Shown: in pieces, positions 30,419 to 40,404 of the stretch | Layout: every line of letters starts with the position of its first letter | Position numbering within the stretch: position 1 is the first letter of the stretch | NCBI GenBank assembly: GCA_000433915.1 | Contig: HF993639.1 | Location: 61,633-125,632, forward strand | Length of the DNA: 64,000 nucleotides | Reading direction: 5' to 3' | Source of the DNA: Clostridium sp. CAG:793 | Lineage (GTDB): Bacteria > Bacillota > Clostridia > TANB77 > CAG-508 | Notes under the pieces: generated by a model | Database searches by the model: none | What the model was told of the DNA's origin: nothing | Seen by the model: only the letters and a program-made list of their open reading frames with translations | Position numbers and translations under genes: made by a program

Positions 30419-31867
30419 TTATAATTCTGGTTCTTCTTCTGTTAATCTTATTGGATCTTCTGGTGTTTCTTGACTTTGCTTTCTTTCATTTTTAAATCTT
30501 ATTACCATATTAGGCCCTACTATTGCATTCTTTTTTGCAAATCTTATTCCTAATGTTTGATTATAGCATCTTAAAAATTCTCCTCTTTTATTTTTTTCTA
30601 TAGTTGGAGTTTCAGTTGATACTTTCTTCATGAATCCATTACTTAAAAGTCTTTCTATTCTCATACCATAATGTTCTTCATCTTTTCTAAATAATTGTAC
30701 ATAAATTGTACTTGCATAACCTTTAGATATTTTATCTAATAGCTCTGCCGCTTCTTCTGGCGATAAATTATCACTTGTTATCGAATCAGCTATTATATTT
30801 CTATCAGATTTAAAATATTCTTTAATTTTATTCTGGTCAAAATCTTCTTCGCTATCATTATCTTCTTCAGTTATTTCATAAAATTTTTCTTTCATGCTTT
30901 TTATGCTTAATAAGCAAAAATTTGGTGTTCGCCCATTTTGTATAGCACTACAGTCATTTGTCATATCACAGTAATACCATTTTCCATTTAACTTTACTCT
31001 ATTCCATGCATGAAATGATTGATTTAATTTTCCAATTTCCATTTCTGTAGGGATTCCGACTAATTCTAATAGTTCTTGCATCGTTTTAGCAATTCCTTCA
31101 CATACAGACTTGCCTTTTGCTAATGCTCCATACATGTTATGATTATATATATCATTTACATAATATAATTCATTATAATCATATCTTACATTTTCACCTA
31201 ATAGATTATATAATCGTAAAAATTTTTCTACATCTGTCATATTATTATTTATTTGCATTAAATATTGTTGTGCCATCTTATTCATATTAATGTATTCTTT
31301 TACTGTGTATGTTTCCTTTTCTCCAACATACCCAGTTCCATCAATTATATCTATTCTCTCTGGATTGTATCTTCTTATTGCATCTTCATTAATTGCAAAT
31401 AAGTCATTTACTATTATGCTATTAAGTTTCATGTATTTATTATTTTTTATAAATGGATATATACTATCTATTGCTTCTTGTCTTACTGCTAATTTTATTG
31501 GTCTACGTATATGCTTGATTCTTTGATAGTCTTTCATGTTATTTATTGTTATTGTAGTATTTTCTGGTGCTACTAAATAATCGTGATAATTTAATTCATT
31601 TGACCATACACGTATATGTGCATTATATTGATTTGCAATTCTTAATATTATTTTAGCAGTTTTAGGATGGCAATTATGAATAAAAAAGTCTATTTCTTGT
31701 CCAAAACTTATTTTGTTTTCTATTATTGCAGGCAATTTACTAATTCCACCCAATTCTTTTAATGATTCTTGTGTAATTTCCACACTTAATGTTGCCATTG
31801 CAGTTGCTTGTTTTTTCGGGAATAATGTTATATATGTTTCTATCTCTTCCATTTTATTGCCTTTCAT
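30419..31867 (-). CDS. Transglutaminase-like cysteine peptidase domain protein with N- and C-terminal extensions
   Basis: Core Cys-His-Asp arrangement (GKSVCEGIAKT ... HAWNRVKLNGKWYYCDMT); 482 aa, no TM. Confidence 0.6.
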   Translation of the reverse strand: MKGNKMEEIETYITLFPKKQATAMATLSVEITQESLKELGGISKLPAIIENKISFGQEIDFFIHNCHPKTAKIILRIANQYNAHIRVWSNELNYHDYLVAPENTTITINNMKDYQRIKHIRRPIKLAVRQEAIDSIYPFIKNNKYMKLNSIIVNDLFAINEDAIRRYNPERIDIIDGTGYVGEKETYTVKEYINMNKMAQQYLMQINNNMTDVEKFLRLYNLLGENVRYDYNELYYVNDIYNHNMYGALAKGKSVCEGIAKTMQELLELVGIPTEMEIGKLNQSFHAWNRVKLNGKWYYCDMTNDCSAIQNGRTPNFCLLSIKSMKEKFYEITEEDNDSEEDFDQNKIKEYFKSDRNIIADSITSDNLSPEEAAELLDKISKGYASTIYVQLFRKDEEHYGMRIERLLSNGFMKKVSTETPTIEKNKRGEFLRCYNQTLGIRFAKKNAIVGPNMVIRFKNERKQSQETPEDPIRLTEEEPEL

Positions 31868-31931
31868 ATTTTAAGCGGAAAAATGAAACTACTGAATTTT
31901 TCAATAGTTTCATTTTTCTTTTGAGTTACTT

Positions 31932-33692
31932 TTATTTATTTTCTTCTTCTTGTTCTGTAACGCGAATGTGTACATCTTCAAGTTGTTTGTCTGTTACAAT
32001 ACTTGGTGCATTCATCATTACATCTCTTGCCTTCTTGTTTTTAGGGAATGCTATTACTTCTCTTATATTGTCTGAATCTGCAAGTAGCATTACCATTCTG
32101 TCTAATCCTGGTGCAGCTCCAGCATGCGGTGGAGTTCCATATTGGAATGCTGTATATAATGCTCCAAACTTTTTCTTTACATCATCTTCTGTATATCCAG
32201 CTATCTCAAATGCTTTTACCATAGTTTCTGGATCATGATTTCTTACAGCTCCTGATGCCATTTCATATCCATTACATACCAAGTCGTATTGATATGCTAA
32301 TATATCAAGTGGATCTTTTGTATTTAATGCTTCTAATCCACCTTGTGGCATTGAAAATGGGTTATGATTAAAATCTATTTTTTCTTCATCTTCATTGTAT
32401 TCATACATTGGGAAGTCTACAATCCAGCAGAATTTATATACGTTCTTTTCAATCAAGTCTAATCTTTTTCCTAATTCAATTCTTACTTGTCCTGCAATTT
32501 TTTGTGCATTCTTAAATTCATCTGCAATAAAGAATATGCAGTCTCCTGCTTTAGCTCCTATTTCTGTTTTTATCTCATCTGTTACAAATTTAGCAATTCC
32601 TCCAGTTAGATTATTTTCCTCATCAACTTTTACCCATGCTAATCCTTTAGCTCCTGCTTCATTTACTGCAAATTCTGACATTGAGTCAAAGAATTTTCTT
32701 CCTTGATTTGCTCCTCCTGGTACAACTATTACTTTTACTGTCTTGTCTTTAAATGCGTTAAATTCTGTATTTGTAAATAATTCTGTTGCATCTTTTATTA
32801 TAAGAGGATTTCTTAAGTCTGGTTTATCTATTCCGTATTTTTCCATTGCTTCTGCGTATGGTATTCTTATAAATGGTCCTTTTGTTACATCCCAATTAGT
32901 GTGAGTTTTAAATACTACTGGAATTACTTTTTCAATTACTTTGAATACATCTTCTTGTGTTGCAAAAGCCATTTCAAAGTCCATTTGATAGAACTCGCCT
33001 GGTGCTCTATCAGCACGTGGGTCTTCATCTCTAAAGCATGGTGCTATTTGATAATATTTATCAAATCCAGAGACCATAAGTAATTGTTTAAATTGCTGAG
33101 GTGCTTGTGGAAGTGCATAGAATTTACCTGCATGTAATCTACTTGGTACTAAATAGTCTCTTGCACCTTCTGGTGATGAATTGGCAAGTATAGGCGTTTG
33201 TATCTCATAAAATCCTAACTTGTCCATTTCATGTCTTATTGTCTTCATTACATCTGAACGAAGTAAAATGTTTTTATGGATTCTATCATTTCTTAAATCT
33301 AGATATCTATATTCTAGTCTTAAATCTTCTCTAACATTTGATATATCAACTTTTTCCGAGTTTATTTCAAATGGTAAAGTACTTTTGCATTTTCCTAGTA
33401 CTTGTATTTTATTACAGTCTATTTCTATTTCACCTGTTGGCATTTTCAAGTTTTTATTTGAACGCTCTCTAACTTCTCCTGTTATGCTAATTACTGATTC
33501 TGGTGTAATTGATGACATTTGTTTTTTTAGTTCATCTTTTGAAATTAGTATTTGTGTAATTCCATATTGATCACGCAAATCTACGAATTGGATTTCTCCT
33601 AAATTTCTAATTCTTTGTACCCAACCAGCAAGTTGTACTGTTTCGCCAACATTTTTTATATTTAGTTCTCCACAATTATGATCTCTATACAT
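31932..33692 (-). CDS. aspS: Aspartate--tRNA ligase
   Basis: Class II motifs (CFRDEDPRADR, GLDR); N-terminal OB fold; GAD insertion. Confidence 0.92.
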   Translation of the reverse strand: MYRDHNCGELNIKNVGETVQLAGWVQRIRNLGEIQFVDLRDQYGITQILISKDELKKQMSSITPESVISITGEVRERSNKNLKMPTGEIEIDCNKIQVLGKCKSTLPFEINSEKVDISNVREDLRLEYRYLDLRNDRIHKNILLRSDVMKTIRHEMDKLGFYEIQTPILANSSPEGARDYLVPSRLHAGKFYALPQAPQQFKQLLMVSGFDKYYQIAPCFRDEDPRADRAPGEFYQMDFEMAFATQEDVFKVIEKVIPVVFKTHTNWDVTKGPFIRIPYAEAMEKYGIDKPDLRNPLIIKDATELFTNTEFNAFKDKTVKVIVVPGGANQGRKFFDSMSEFAVNEAGAKGLAWVKVDEENNLTGGIAKFVTDEIKTEIGAKAGDCIFFIADEFKNAQKIAGQVRIELGKRLDLIEKNVYKFCWIVDFPMYEYNEDEEKIDFNHNPFSMPQGGLEALNTKDPLDILAYQYDLVCNGYEMASGAVRNHDPETMVKAFEIAGYTEDDVKKKFGALYTAFQYGTPPHAGAAPGLDRMVMLLADSDNIREVIAFPKNKKARDVMMNAPSIVTDKQLEDVHIRVTEQEEENK

Positions 33693-33776
33693 TGTCTATT
33701 ACTCCTTAATATTGCTTGATTATTTTATGTTAATATTATAATCGCTTTTGCTTATAATTTCAAGCTTTTTTCATTT

Positions 33777-34541
33777 TTATTGTATTTTTTGTCTTACATA
33801 TTCATATATCATTATTCCGGTTGCCACAGCTGCATTAAGACTCTCTGTTTTTCCTAGCATCGGAATCTTGACTCTATAATTTGATAATTCTCTAATTTCT
33901 GGAGTTACTCCATTTGCTTCATTTCCTATTACAACTATCTTTTTATTGTAATTCATGTCATATATACTTTTATCTGTATGCAGGTCAGTTGTTACAATTT
34001 CAAATCCTGTAGTTTGCAAACTTTTAAGTGTTTTTGCTAGATCTTCACATTCTATTATTTTTACTCTATATATTGCTCCCATTGTTGACCTTACTACTTT
34101 AGGACTGTAACTATCTACTGTATCTTTTGAAACTAATATTTGTTTTATATTTGCTGAATCTGCTGTTCTTATTATTGTTCCAAGATTTCCTGGGTCTTGT
34201 ATTCCATCTAGTGCAAGTATGTAATCTGCGTGTTTACTTATTTTATTGTCATCTATCTTTTTGTTTATTACTACTAATACACCTTGTGGTGATACTACAT
34301 CCGATATTGTTTCAAATACATTCTTAGTAACATGTATTACTTTCTTTTCTAATTCACTATCTAACTTAAAGTCAAGCTCAGTATCTTCTCTTATAATTAT
34401 TGTATCAATTTCAGCTTTTTCACTTATTGCTTCTTTAAGCATTTTTATTCCTTCAACTATAAATGCTGTTTTACGATACTTTTTTTCTTTTAATTTTTTT
34501 ATCTCTTTTATCTTAGAATTATCTTTACTTGTTATTAACAT
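33777..34541 (-). CDS. TrmH/SpoU-family RNA 2'-O-methyltransferase (RlmB-like)
   Basis: SPOUT fold motifs (LDGIQDPGNLGTIIRTA, GNEANGV, SLNAAVATGI). Confidence 0.8.
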   Translation of the reverse strand: MLITSKDNSKIKEIKKLKEKKYRKTAFIVEGIKMLKEAISEKAEIDTIIIREDTELDFKLDSELEKKVIHVTKNVFETISDVVSPQGVLVVINKKIDDNKISKHADYILALDGIQDPGNLGTIIRTADSANIKQILVSKDTVDSYSPKVVRSTMGAIYRVKIIECEDLAKTLKSLQTTGFEIVTTDLHTDKSIYDMNYNKKIVVIGNEANGVTPEIRELSNYRVKIPMLGKTESLNAAVATGIMIYEYVRQKIQ

Positions 34542-34644
34542 TTCATGCCTTTCATTTTTTTACTATATTTTATATCAAAACTATTGATAAATCAAGTATA
34601 ATATGTTATACTTATAATTACTTTAATATTGGAGGTTAAATCTG

Positions 34645-34863
34645 ATGAACATTGGAATGAAACTTCGGCTTTCGGAAAGCAGCACTGTTGCTAATCGCGC
34701 CCAGCGCAGAAAGGAGAAGTTTTCCCGCTCGGAAGATAACTGTGCATTGCCACACTATCAAAAAGGTCTGAATGGTGAGGCAAGGCACCACTCGGCTGGC
34801 TCCCATTTTATTTCCCCCGGAGTCAGCCGGTGCAACTTCAAAAAAAGTAAGAAGTTCAAATGA
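34645..34863 (+). other. GC-rich standalone transcription unit: either a 72-aa basic ORF or a structured small RNA
   Basis: About 220 nt of visibly high GC in an AT-rich intergenic gap. Several internal hairpins (cggctggctcc...ggagtcagccg; aacttc...gaagtt). GGAGG SD before the ATG. Ends in its own GC-rich terminator. The protein has no motif and an odd composition. Confidence 0.35.
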
Positions 34864-34868
34864 CTCAT

Positions 34869-34899
34869 GCCGGAGGTTTTCCTCCGGCCCCTTTTTTTA
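34869..34899. terminator. Intrinsic terminator (gccggagg-tttt-cctccggc + T-run) overlapping the mfd stop
   Basis: Perfect 8-bp GC stem followed by ttttttt; convergent with the mfd 3' end. Confidence 0.65.
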
Positions 34900-37800
34900 T
34901 TTTAATGTATTTAAAAATTCTTTTGTTTCTTGTATCTCATTATTTTTTACTTTTAAAGTAATATATGGCTTTCCAGCTGCTGAAAATTGAATATTATTTT
35001 TATATTTTTTTAGTAATATTTCAATATTATCTCCATTAAATTCTGAGAATGTAAATACTATTCCCATTGGTCTTGATTGTATTTTTATGATGTTCTTTTC
35101 TCTTGCTATATTTTTTATTCTTGCAATTTCTATTAAATTTTCTACTTCAGATGGCATTTCTCCATATCTATCAATAATTTCATCTATTATGTTTTGTATA
35201 TCATTTTCGTTTCTGCAATTTGCTATGTCTTGATATATCTCGATTTTCTGGCTTGGATCTTCAATGTATTTTTCTGGAATGTATGATGATATATTTAGGT
35301 CTATTGTTATGTCTATATCTTCTTCTACTTTTTCTCCCTTTTCTTCTTTTACAACTTCATCTAGTAATCTTTTATACATATCATATCCTACTTGCTCCAT
35401 GTGACCGCTCTGTACTTCTCCAAATAAGCTTCCTGCACCTCTTATCTGCAAGTCTCTTGTTGCTATTTTAAATCCAGATCCGAATTCAGTAAATTCTTTA
35501 ATTGCTTTTAGTCTCTGATTTGCATCTTCACTTATCATTTTATCTCTTCTGTATGTTATATATGCATACGCTTGTCTATTGCTTCTTCCAACTCTTCCTC
35601 TAATCTGGTATAGCTGTGCTAATCCGAATCTATCTGCATTTTCTACAATTATTGTATTTGCATTAGGTATATCTATTCCTGATTCTAGAATTGTGGTACA
35701 TACCAGTACATTGGTTTTCTTCTCTACAAAGTCTTCCATTATTTCTTCTATTTCTTGACCTGTCATTTTTCCATGAGCAAACCCTACTCGTGCTTCTGGA
35801 ACTAACTCTTCAATCTCAAGTGCTTTTGTTGCAATTGCTCCAACATTATTAAATATATAAAATACCTGACCATCTCTTTCTAGTTCTTTGGTTATTGCTT
35901 CTCTTATAACTTCTTTGTCATATTCTAAAACATACGTCTGGATTGGCTTTCTATTATGTGGTGGTTCATATATTACTGACATATCACGGATTCCTACTAT
36001 TGACATTTGCAATGTTCTTGGAATTGGTGTAGCTGTCATAGTTAACACATCTATGCTTTCTTTATATTTCTTTATTTTTTCTTTTGACTTTACACCAAAT
36101 CTTTGCTCTTCATCTATTATAAGCAGTCCTAAGTTGCTAAATTCCACGTCTTTGCTAAGCATTCTATGTGTTCCTATAACTATATCTGCATTTCCATATT
36201 TAAGTTTATGTATTGTTTCTTTTTGTTGTTTTGCTGTTCTAAATCTGTTTAGCAATTCTATACGTATAGGATATTCTTTCATTCTTTCCTTGAATTCTTG
36301 ATATTGTTGGTTTGCTAGAATTGTTGTTGGAGCTAGATATGCTACTTGTTTTCCATCCATAACTGCTTTAAATGCGGCACGTATAGCAACTTCTGTTTTT
36401 CCGTATCCAACATCTCCACACAAAAGTCTATCCATTGGTTTATTGCTTTCCATGTCTTGTTTTACTTCTTTTATACATCTGATTTGGTCATCAGTTTCCT
36501 GATATGGAAAACTTGCTTCAAATTGTTTTTGCCAAGGTGTATCTTTTGAATATGCGTGACCTTTTGAACGCTCTCTTTTTGCATATAATTCAATTAAATC
36601 TTTAGCAACTGCACGTAAATTTCCTTTTATTTTTGCTTTAGTTTCTTGCCATTCTTTAGTACCTAATTTGTTAAGCTTTACTCCACCTTCTTGACCTATA
36701 TATTTTCTAACATTATCAAGATTTTCTGTTGGTACATACAAAACATCATCATCACGATATTTTAAGCATATATAATCTTTAGTAACTCCATCATTTTCAA
36801 TTGTTTTAACTCCTGTAAATACTGCTATTCCATGATTTCTATGAACTACTAAGTCTCCTACTTTAAGATCAGCAAATACTATTTTTTCTGCATTTTTAAA
36901 TGTGTCATTTGGTCTTTTTAATTTTCTCTTTCCTGTATTTAAAAATTCATCACTGCTTATTACTTCTAATCCAGTTTGTTTGTTTTCAAATCCTGATGAT
37001 AATGCTCCTGTTGCAATTATTATTTGACCTGGTTTTAGCAATATGTTATCTATCTCATCTACTTTGCTTGCATTTTCTATTTCTTTTGCTATTTTATCTC
37101 TATTAGCTTCATTTCCAGCTAGAATTATTACCTTTTTTTGATTTTGAGATGCTTCTTGTACTCCTGCCTCAAAGCTTTTCATGTCACCTTTAAATAAACT
37201 TATTTCTCTAAGTTCAAAATGACAATCTTCATTCACAGGCTTTAATTCATCTGCTTCTTTTAAATTAATAACGTCATGTTTTTCTAAATTAAATTGAACA
37301 AGATTCTCTAATGCCTCTGGTATGATTCTTCCTTTTTCTAAGAGTTCTTTAGATAAATTTTTGTTATCTTCTTTGATTCCTTCTATTCGTTGTAATATTT
37401 TTTCTGGCTCATCAAAAAATGTTATATAATCTGTTGTGTAATCAAATAATGTTTGTTGGCTTTGATAAAATCTATTAAAATATTTGTCAATTTTATTAGT
37501 AAAATCTCCATTTCTAATTGCTTCAATATCTTCATGTACTGAAGATATTAATTCTTGGCTCTTTATATTGGCTATTATATTTTCTATTCTTTTTGTGATT
37601 ACATCAATTGTATCAACAAGTATTTCTTCTTTGGCTGGATATATATATAATTCTTTTATCATCTCTGTTGAACGCTGTGAAGTAATCTTGAATTTTCTTA
37701 TAGAATCTATTTCATCTCCCCATAATTCTATTCTTACACCTTCATTTTCACAAAGTCCAATATCTATAATGTCTCCCCTAATGCTAAATTCTGCTCTATT

Positions 37801-38322
37801 TTCAACTAGATTTTTTCTTTCATATCCTAATTTTACAAGTTTTTCTTTCATCACATCATTGGAAATTGTATCACCTTGTTTTAGATGTATTATCTCATTA
37901 TATAAGTCTTCTTTTGCAGGCATTTTCTGCATTATTGCTTCTATTGTTGTTATTATTATTGGAGCCTTGTTTTGCATAATTTTGTTTAATACATCTATTC
38001 TGTTATATATAATATCATTGCTTTCTACATCATAATCATATATTGCAATTTCTCTTTTAGGAAATAACATAACATTATCGCAAAAGTATTGTAAATCCTT
38101 GCTTAGCTTTTGTGCTTGGAGTTCATTATATGTTACTATTAAAATTGGCTTTTTTTCTTCATTTTGTGTAAGCGCTACTATTGCACTTTTGGAAACGCAA
38201 ACAAGACCCGATAATGTTATCGGGCTTTTTATTTTATTATTATCAGAATAATTCTTTTTGCAGAAATCATTGAATTTCTGGTATTCTTTATCTTGAGATA
38301 AGTCTCTTAAAATATAATTCAT
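34897..38322 (-). CDS. mfd: Transcription-repair coupling factor
   Basis: 1141 aa; UvrB-homology N-terminus, CarD-like RID, SF2 helicase motifs (GDVGYGKTEVA, DEEQRFGV), TRG motif. Confidence 0.93.
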   Translation of the reverse strand: MNYILRDLSQDKEYQKFNDFCKKNYSDNNKIKSPITLSGLVCVSKSAIVALTQNEEKKPILIVTYNELQAQKLSKDLQYFCDNVMLFPKREIAIYDYDVESNDIIYNRIDVLNKIMQNKAPIIITTIEAIMQKMPAKEDLYNEIIHLKQGDTISNDVMKEKLVKLGYERKNLVENRAEFSIRGDIIDIGLCENEGVRIELWGDEIDSIRKFKITSQRSTEMIKELYIYPAKEEILVDTIDVITKRIENIIANIKSQELISSVHEDIEAIRNGDFTNKIDKYFNRFYQSQQTLFDYTTDYITFFDEPEKILQRIEGIKEDNKNLSKELLEKGRIIPEALENLVQFNLEKHDVINLKEADELKPVNEDCHFELREISLFKGDMKSFEAGVQEASQNQKKVIILAGNEANRDKIAKEIENASKVDEIDNILLKPGQIIIATGALSSGFENKQTGLEVISSDEFLNTGKRKLKRPNDTFKNAEKIVFADLKVGDLVVHRNHGIAVFTGVKTIENDGVTKDYICLKYRDDDVLYVPTENLDNVRKYIGQEGGVKLNKLGTKEWQETKAKIKGNLRAVAKDLIELYAKRERSKGHAYSKDTPWQKQFEASFPYQETDDQIRCIKEVKQDMESNKPMDRLLCGDVGYGKTEVAIRAAFKAVMDGKQVAYLAPTTILANQQYQEFKERMKEYPIRIELLNRFRTAKQQKETIHKLKYGNADIVIGTHRMLSKDVEFSNLGLLIIDEEQRFGVKSKEKIKKYKESIDVLTMTATPIPRTLQMSIVGIRDMSVIYEPPHNRKPIQTYVLEYDKEVIREAITKELERDGQVFYIFNNVGAIATKALEIEELVPEARVGFAHGKMTGQEIEEIMEDFVEKKTNVLVCTTILESGIDIPNANTIIVENADRFGLAQLYQIRGRVGRSNRQAYAYITYRRDKMISEDANQRLKAIKEFTEFGSGFKIATRDLQIRGAGSLFGEVQSGHMEQVGYDMYKRLLDEVVKEEKGEKVEEDIDITIDLNISSYIPEKYIEDPSQKIEIYQDIANCRNENDIQNIIDEIIDRYGEMPSEVENLIEIARIKNIAREKNIIKIQSRPMGIVFTFSEFNGDNIEILLKKYKNNIQFSAAGKPYITLKVKNNEIQETKEFLNTLK

Positions 38323-38345
38323 TTTATTCCTCTTTTATTTAAATT

Positions 38346-38597
38346 TTATGCTTGTTTTTTGTATTGTTCTAATGCTTTAGCTATTTGATCCGGGCATGAT
38401 GTTGGTTTAAATCCACATTTTATCCCATTAAGTCTCTCAATTACTTCATCAACTGTTCTTCCTTTTACAAGATTTGCTATTCCTTGTAAATTTCCTGAAC
38501 ATCCACCTATTACTTTTAGATCTTTAACTATTCCATTTTCTATATCTATTACAATTTCTTGTGAACATACTCCTTGTGGTCTATATCTATATTCCAT
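38346..38597 (-). CDS. TSCPD-domain protein
   Basis: Eponymous motif KPTSCPDQIAKAL plus a GGCSGN Cys pair; 83 aa. Confidence 0.7.
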   Translation of the reverse strand: MEYRYRPQGVCSQEIVIDIENGIVKDLKVIGGCSGNLQGIANLVKGRTVDEVIERLNGIKCGFKPTSCPDQIAKALEQYKKQA

Positions 38598-38711
38598 TTT
38601 ATATTTCCTTTCTATTTTATAGTATCATCTTTTTTATAATATCACTTTTTCTTTGAAAAATCAATTTTAATTTTTTAGTATTTTTTCTTTTCTGTGGCAT
38701 ACACATTTATC

Positions 38712-39740
38712 ATGAAAATTATTGTTTTTGTTAAAAGAAATTTATTTGCTATTGTGTTTTTATTATTTGTAATATTCCTTGTTGTATTCTCTAATTCTAG
38801 CTTATTAGCAACTAAAAAAGGTTTAAATTTATGGGCTAATAATGTTGTTCCTAGTTTATTTCCTTTTTTGGTTGCTGCTCAGCTACTTTCACATACTAAT
38901 TTTATATATTATTTAAGTAAACTTTGCAATTCATATATGAAGCCTTTATTTAATGTTCCTGGTATTGGTGCTTTTCCTTTTATAATGGGTATTATTAGTG
39001 GATATCCTGTTGGTGCTAAAATTATATCTAGTCTTTATTCTAATCATGATTGTACTAAAAATGAGGCTGAACGTATGCTATGTTTTTGCAATAATTCTGG
39101 GCCTCTATTTATATTAGGGACTGTTGGAAATGGATTCTATGGTAGTTCAATTATAGGATATATATTGCTTCTTACACATATATTAGCTTCAATTATTGTT
39201 GGTATTATATTGGGACATTTCTCTAAATTCAAATTTAAATCAACTTCTGATAAGCAATTACATTCTAATCCTAACTTAGAAAATGTTAACATTAATAATT
39301 TAGGAGAAGTTCTTGGAAATAGTATTATTAATAGTATAAAAACAATTCTTGTTATTGGTGGTTTTGTTACTCTTTTTTCTGTTATTCTTTCAATTTTGGG
39401 TAAAACAAAACTACTTGTTATTATAGCGTCTCCAATTTCTAAGTTATTACATATAAATTCAAATATTGTTGTTGGATTTATCTCTGGAATTATTGAATTT
39501 ACTAATGGTTTAAGTATGATATCTTCTGTTCATTTAAAAAATTTATCAATTAATGTATGTGTATCTGCCTTTATTCTCGGATTTGGTGGAATATCTGTAC
39601 TGTTACAAACTCTAAGTATTATTAGTAAGTCAAAACTTTCAATTAAACCATATATTTTAGGTAAGGTACTTCAAGGCATTATTGCTAGTTTTCTTACTTT
39701 TATGATTTTTAAAATTCCATTTTTTAATTTGGACATATAA
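38712..39740 (+). CDS. YlbJ-like sporulation integral membrane protein (nucleoside-recognition/Gate domains)
   Basis: Polytopic membrane protein with two Gate-like halves. The start is ambiguous: GTG at 38694 or ATG at 38712. Confidence 0.6.
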   Translation: MKIIVFVKRNLFAIVFLLFVIFLVVFSNSSLLATKKGLNLWANNVVPSLFPFLVAAQLLSHTNFIYYLSKLCNSYMKPLFNVPGIGAFPFIMGIISGYPVGAKIISSLYSNHDCTKNEAERMLCFCNNSGPLFILGTVGNGFYGSSIIGYILLLTHILASIIVGIILGHFSKFKFKSTSDKQLHSNPNLENVNINNLGEVLGNSIINSIKTILVIGGFVTLFSVILSILGKTKLLVIIASPISKLLHINSNIVVGFISGIIEFTNGLSMISSVHLKNLSINVCVSAFILGFGGISVLLQTLSIISKSKLSIKPYILGKVLQGIIASFLTFMIFKIPFFNLDI

Positions 39741-39819
39741 TTTTTCGTCAATGTATGGCTTTTTGACAATTATTGTGATATAATGTGGTTAGTTTTTTAG
39801 TATTAAGGAGGATTTTACT

Positions 39820-40371
39820 TTGAAGATAACTTCTGATAGCGAAACTCTTGCTGAAAACAAAGTACTAATTTTATATGTTTTAAGCAATGTGAATAAGCCA
39901 ATTACAAATGATGCTTTATATAGTATAATTTCATCTGCTGTTGATCTTAATTATTTCTATTTTCAGCAGTTTCTTTTAGATTTAATTGAAGTTAAATATG
40001 TTGTCTGCTTTGAAAAGGAAACTCAATCAGTTTATGAAATTACTGACGCAGGGCGAAATACTCTTGATTTAACTCTTGATATTCTTCCTGGAATTATTAA
40101 ACTTAAGGTTGATACTAATTTTAAAAGTAGCATGGAATCTTTTGAAAATGCTCAATCTATTATTGCTGAGTTTACTCCTAAAAGTGAAAGTGAATATGAA
40201 GTTCAGTGTAAAATAGTTGAAGATGGTGAAGTTGTTTTTGAAGTTAAGACATTTGCTTATTCAAGAGAGCAAGCTCAAAACATAGTTCAGAATTGGAAAT
40301 CTCATGCTAATAATTTATACCCACAAATACTTGATATTCTTGTTAAAAATAATAATAATTCAGATAAATAA
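39820..40371 (+). CDS. Hypothetical protein, possible winged-helix (DUF4364/PadR-like) regulator
   Basis: TTG start 8 nt after AAGGAGG; the N-terminal LAENKVLILYVL segment resembles PadR-like wHTH proteins. The family assignment is uncertain. Confidence 0.45.
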   Translation: MKITSDSETLAENKVLILYVLSNVNKPITNDALYSIISSAVDLNYFYFQQFLLDLIEVKYVVCFEKETQSVYEITDAGRNTLDLTLDILPGIIKLKVDTNFKSSMESFENAQSIIAEFTPKSESEYEVQCKIVEDGEVVFEVKTFAYSREQAQNIVQNWKSHANNLYPQILDILVKNNNNSDK

Positions 40372-40372
40372 A

Positions 40373-40404
40373 AAAGCGAATCTAAAAAGATTCGCTTTAT
40401 TTAT
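40373..40404. terminator. Bidirectional terminator
   Basis: aaaaagcgaatct-aaaa-agattcgcttt followed by atttatt. Confidence 0.6.

Noticed and set aside
34772-34990. Second 72-aa ORF overlapping the GC-rich unit and the mfd 3' end
   Set aside because: Out-of-frame overlap with the mfd stop region and terminator hairpins, with no SD. It most likely reflects the GC-rich hairpins rather than coding sequence.
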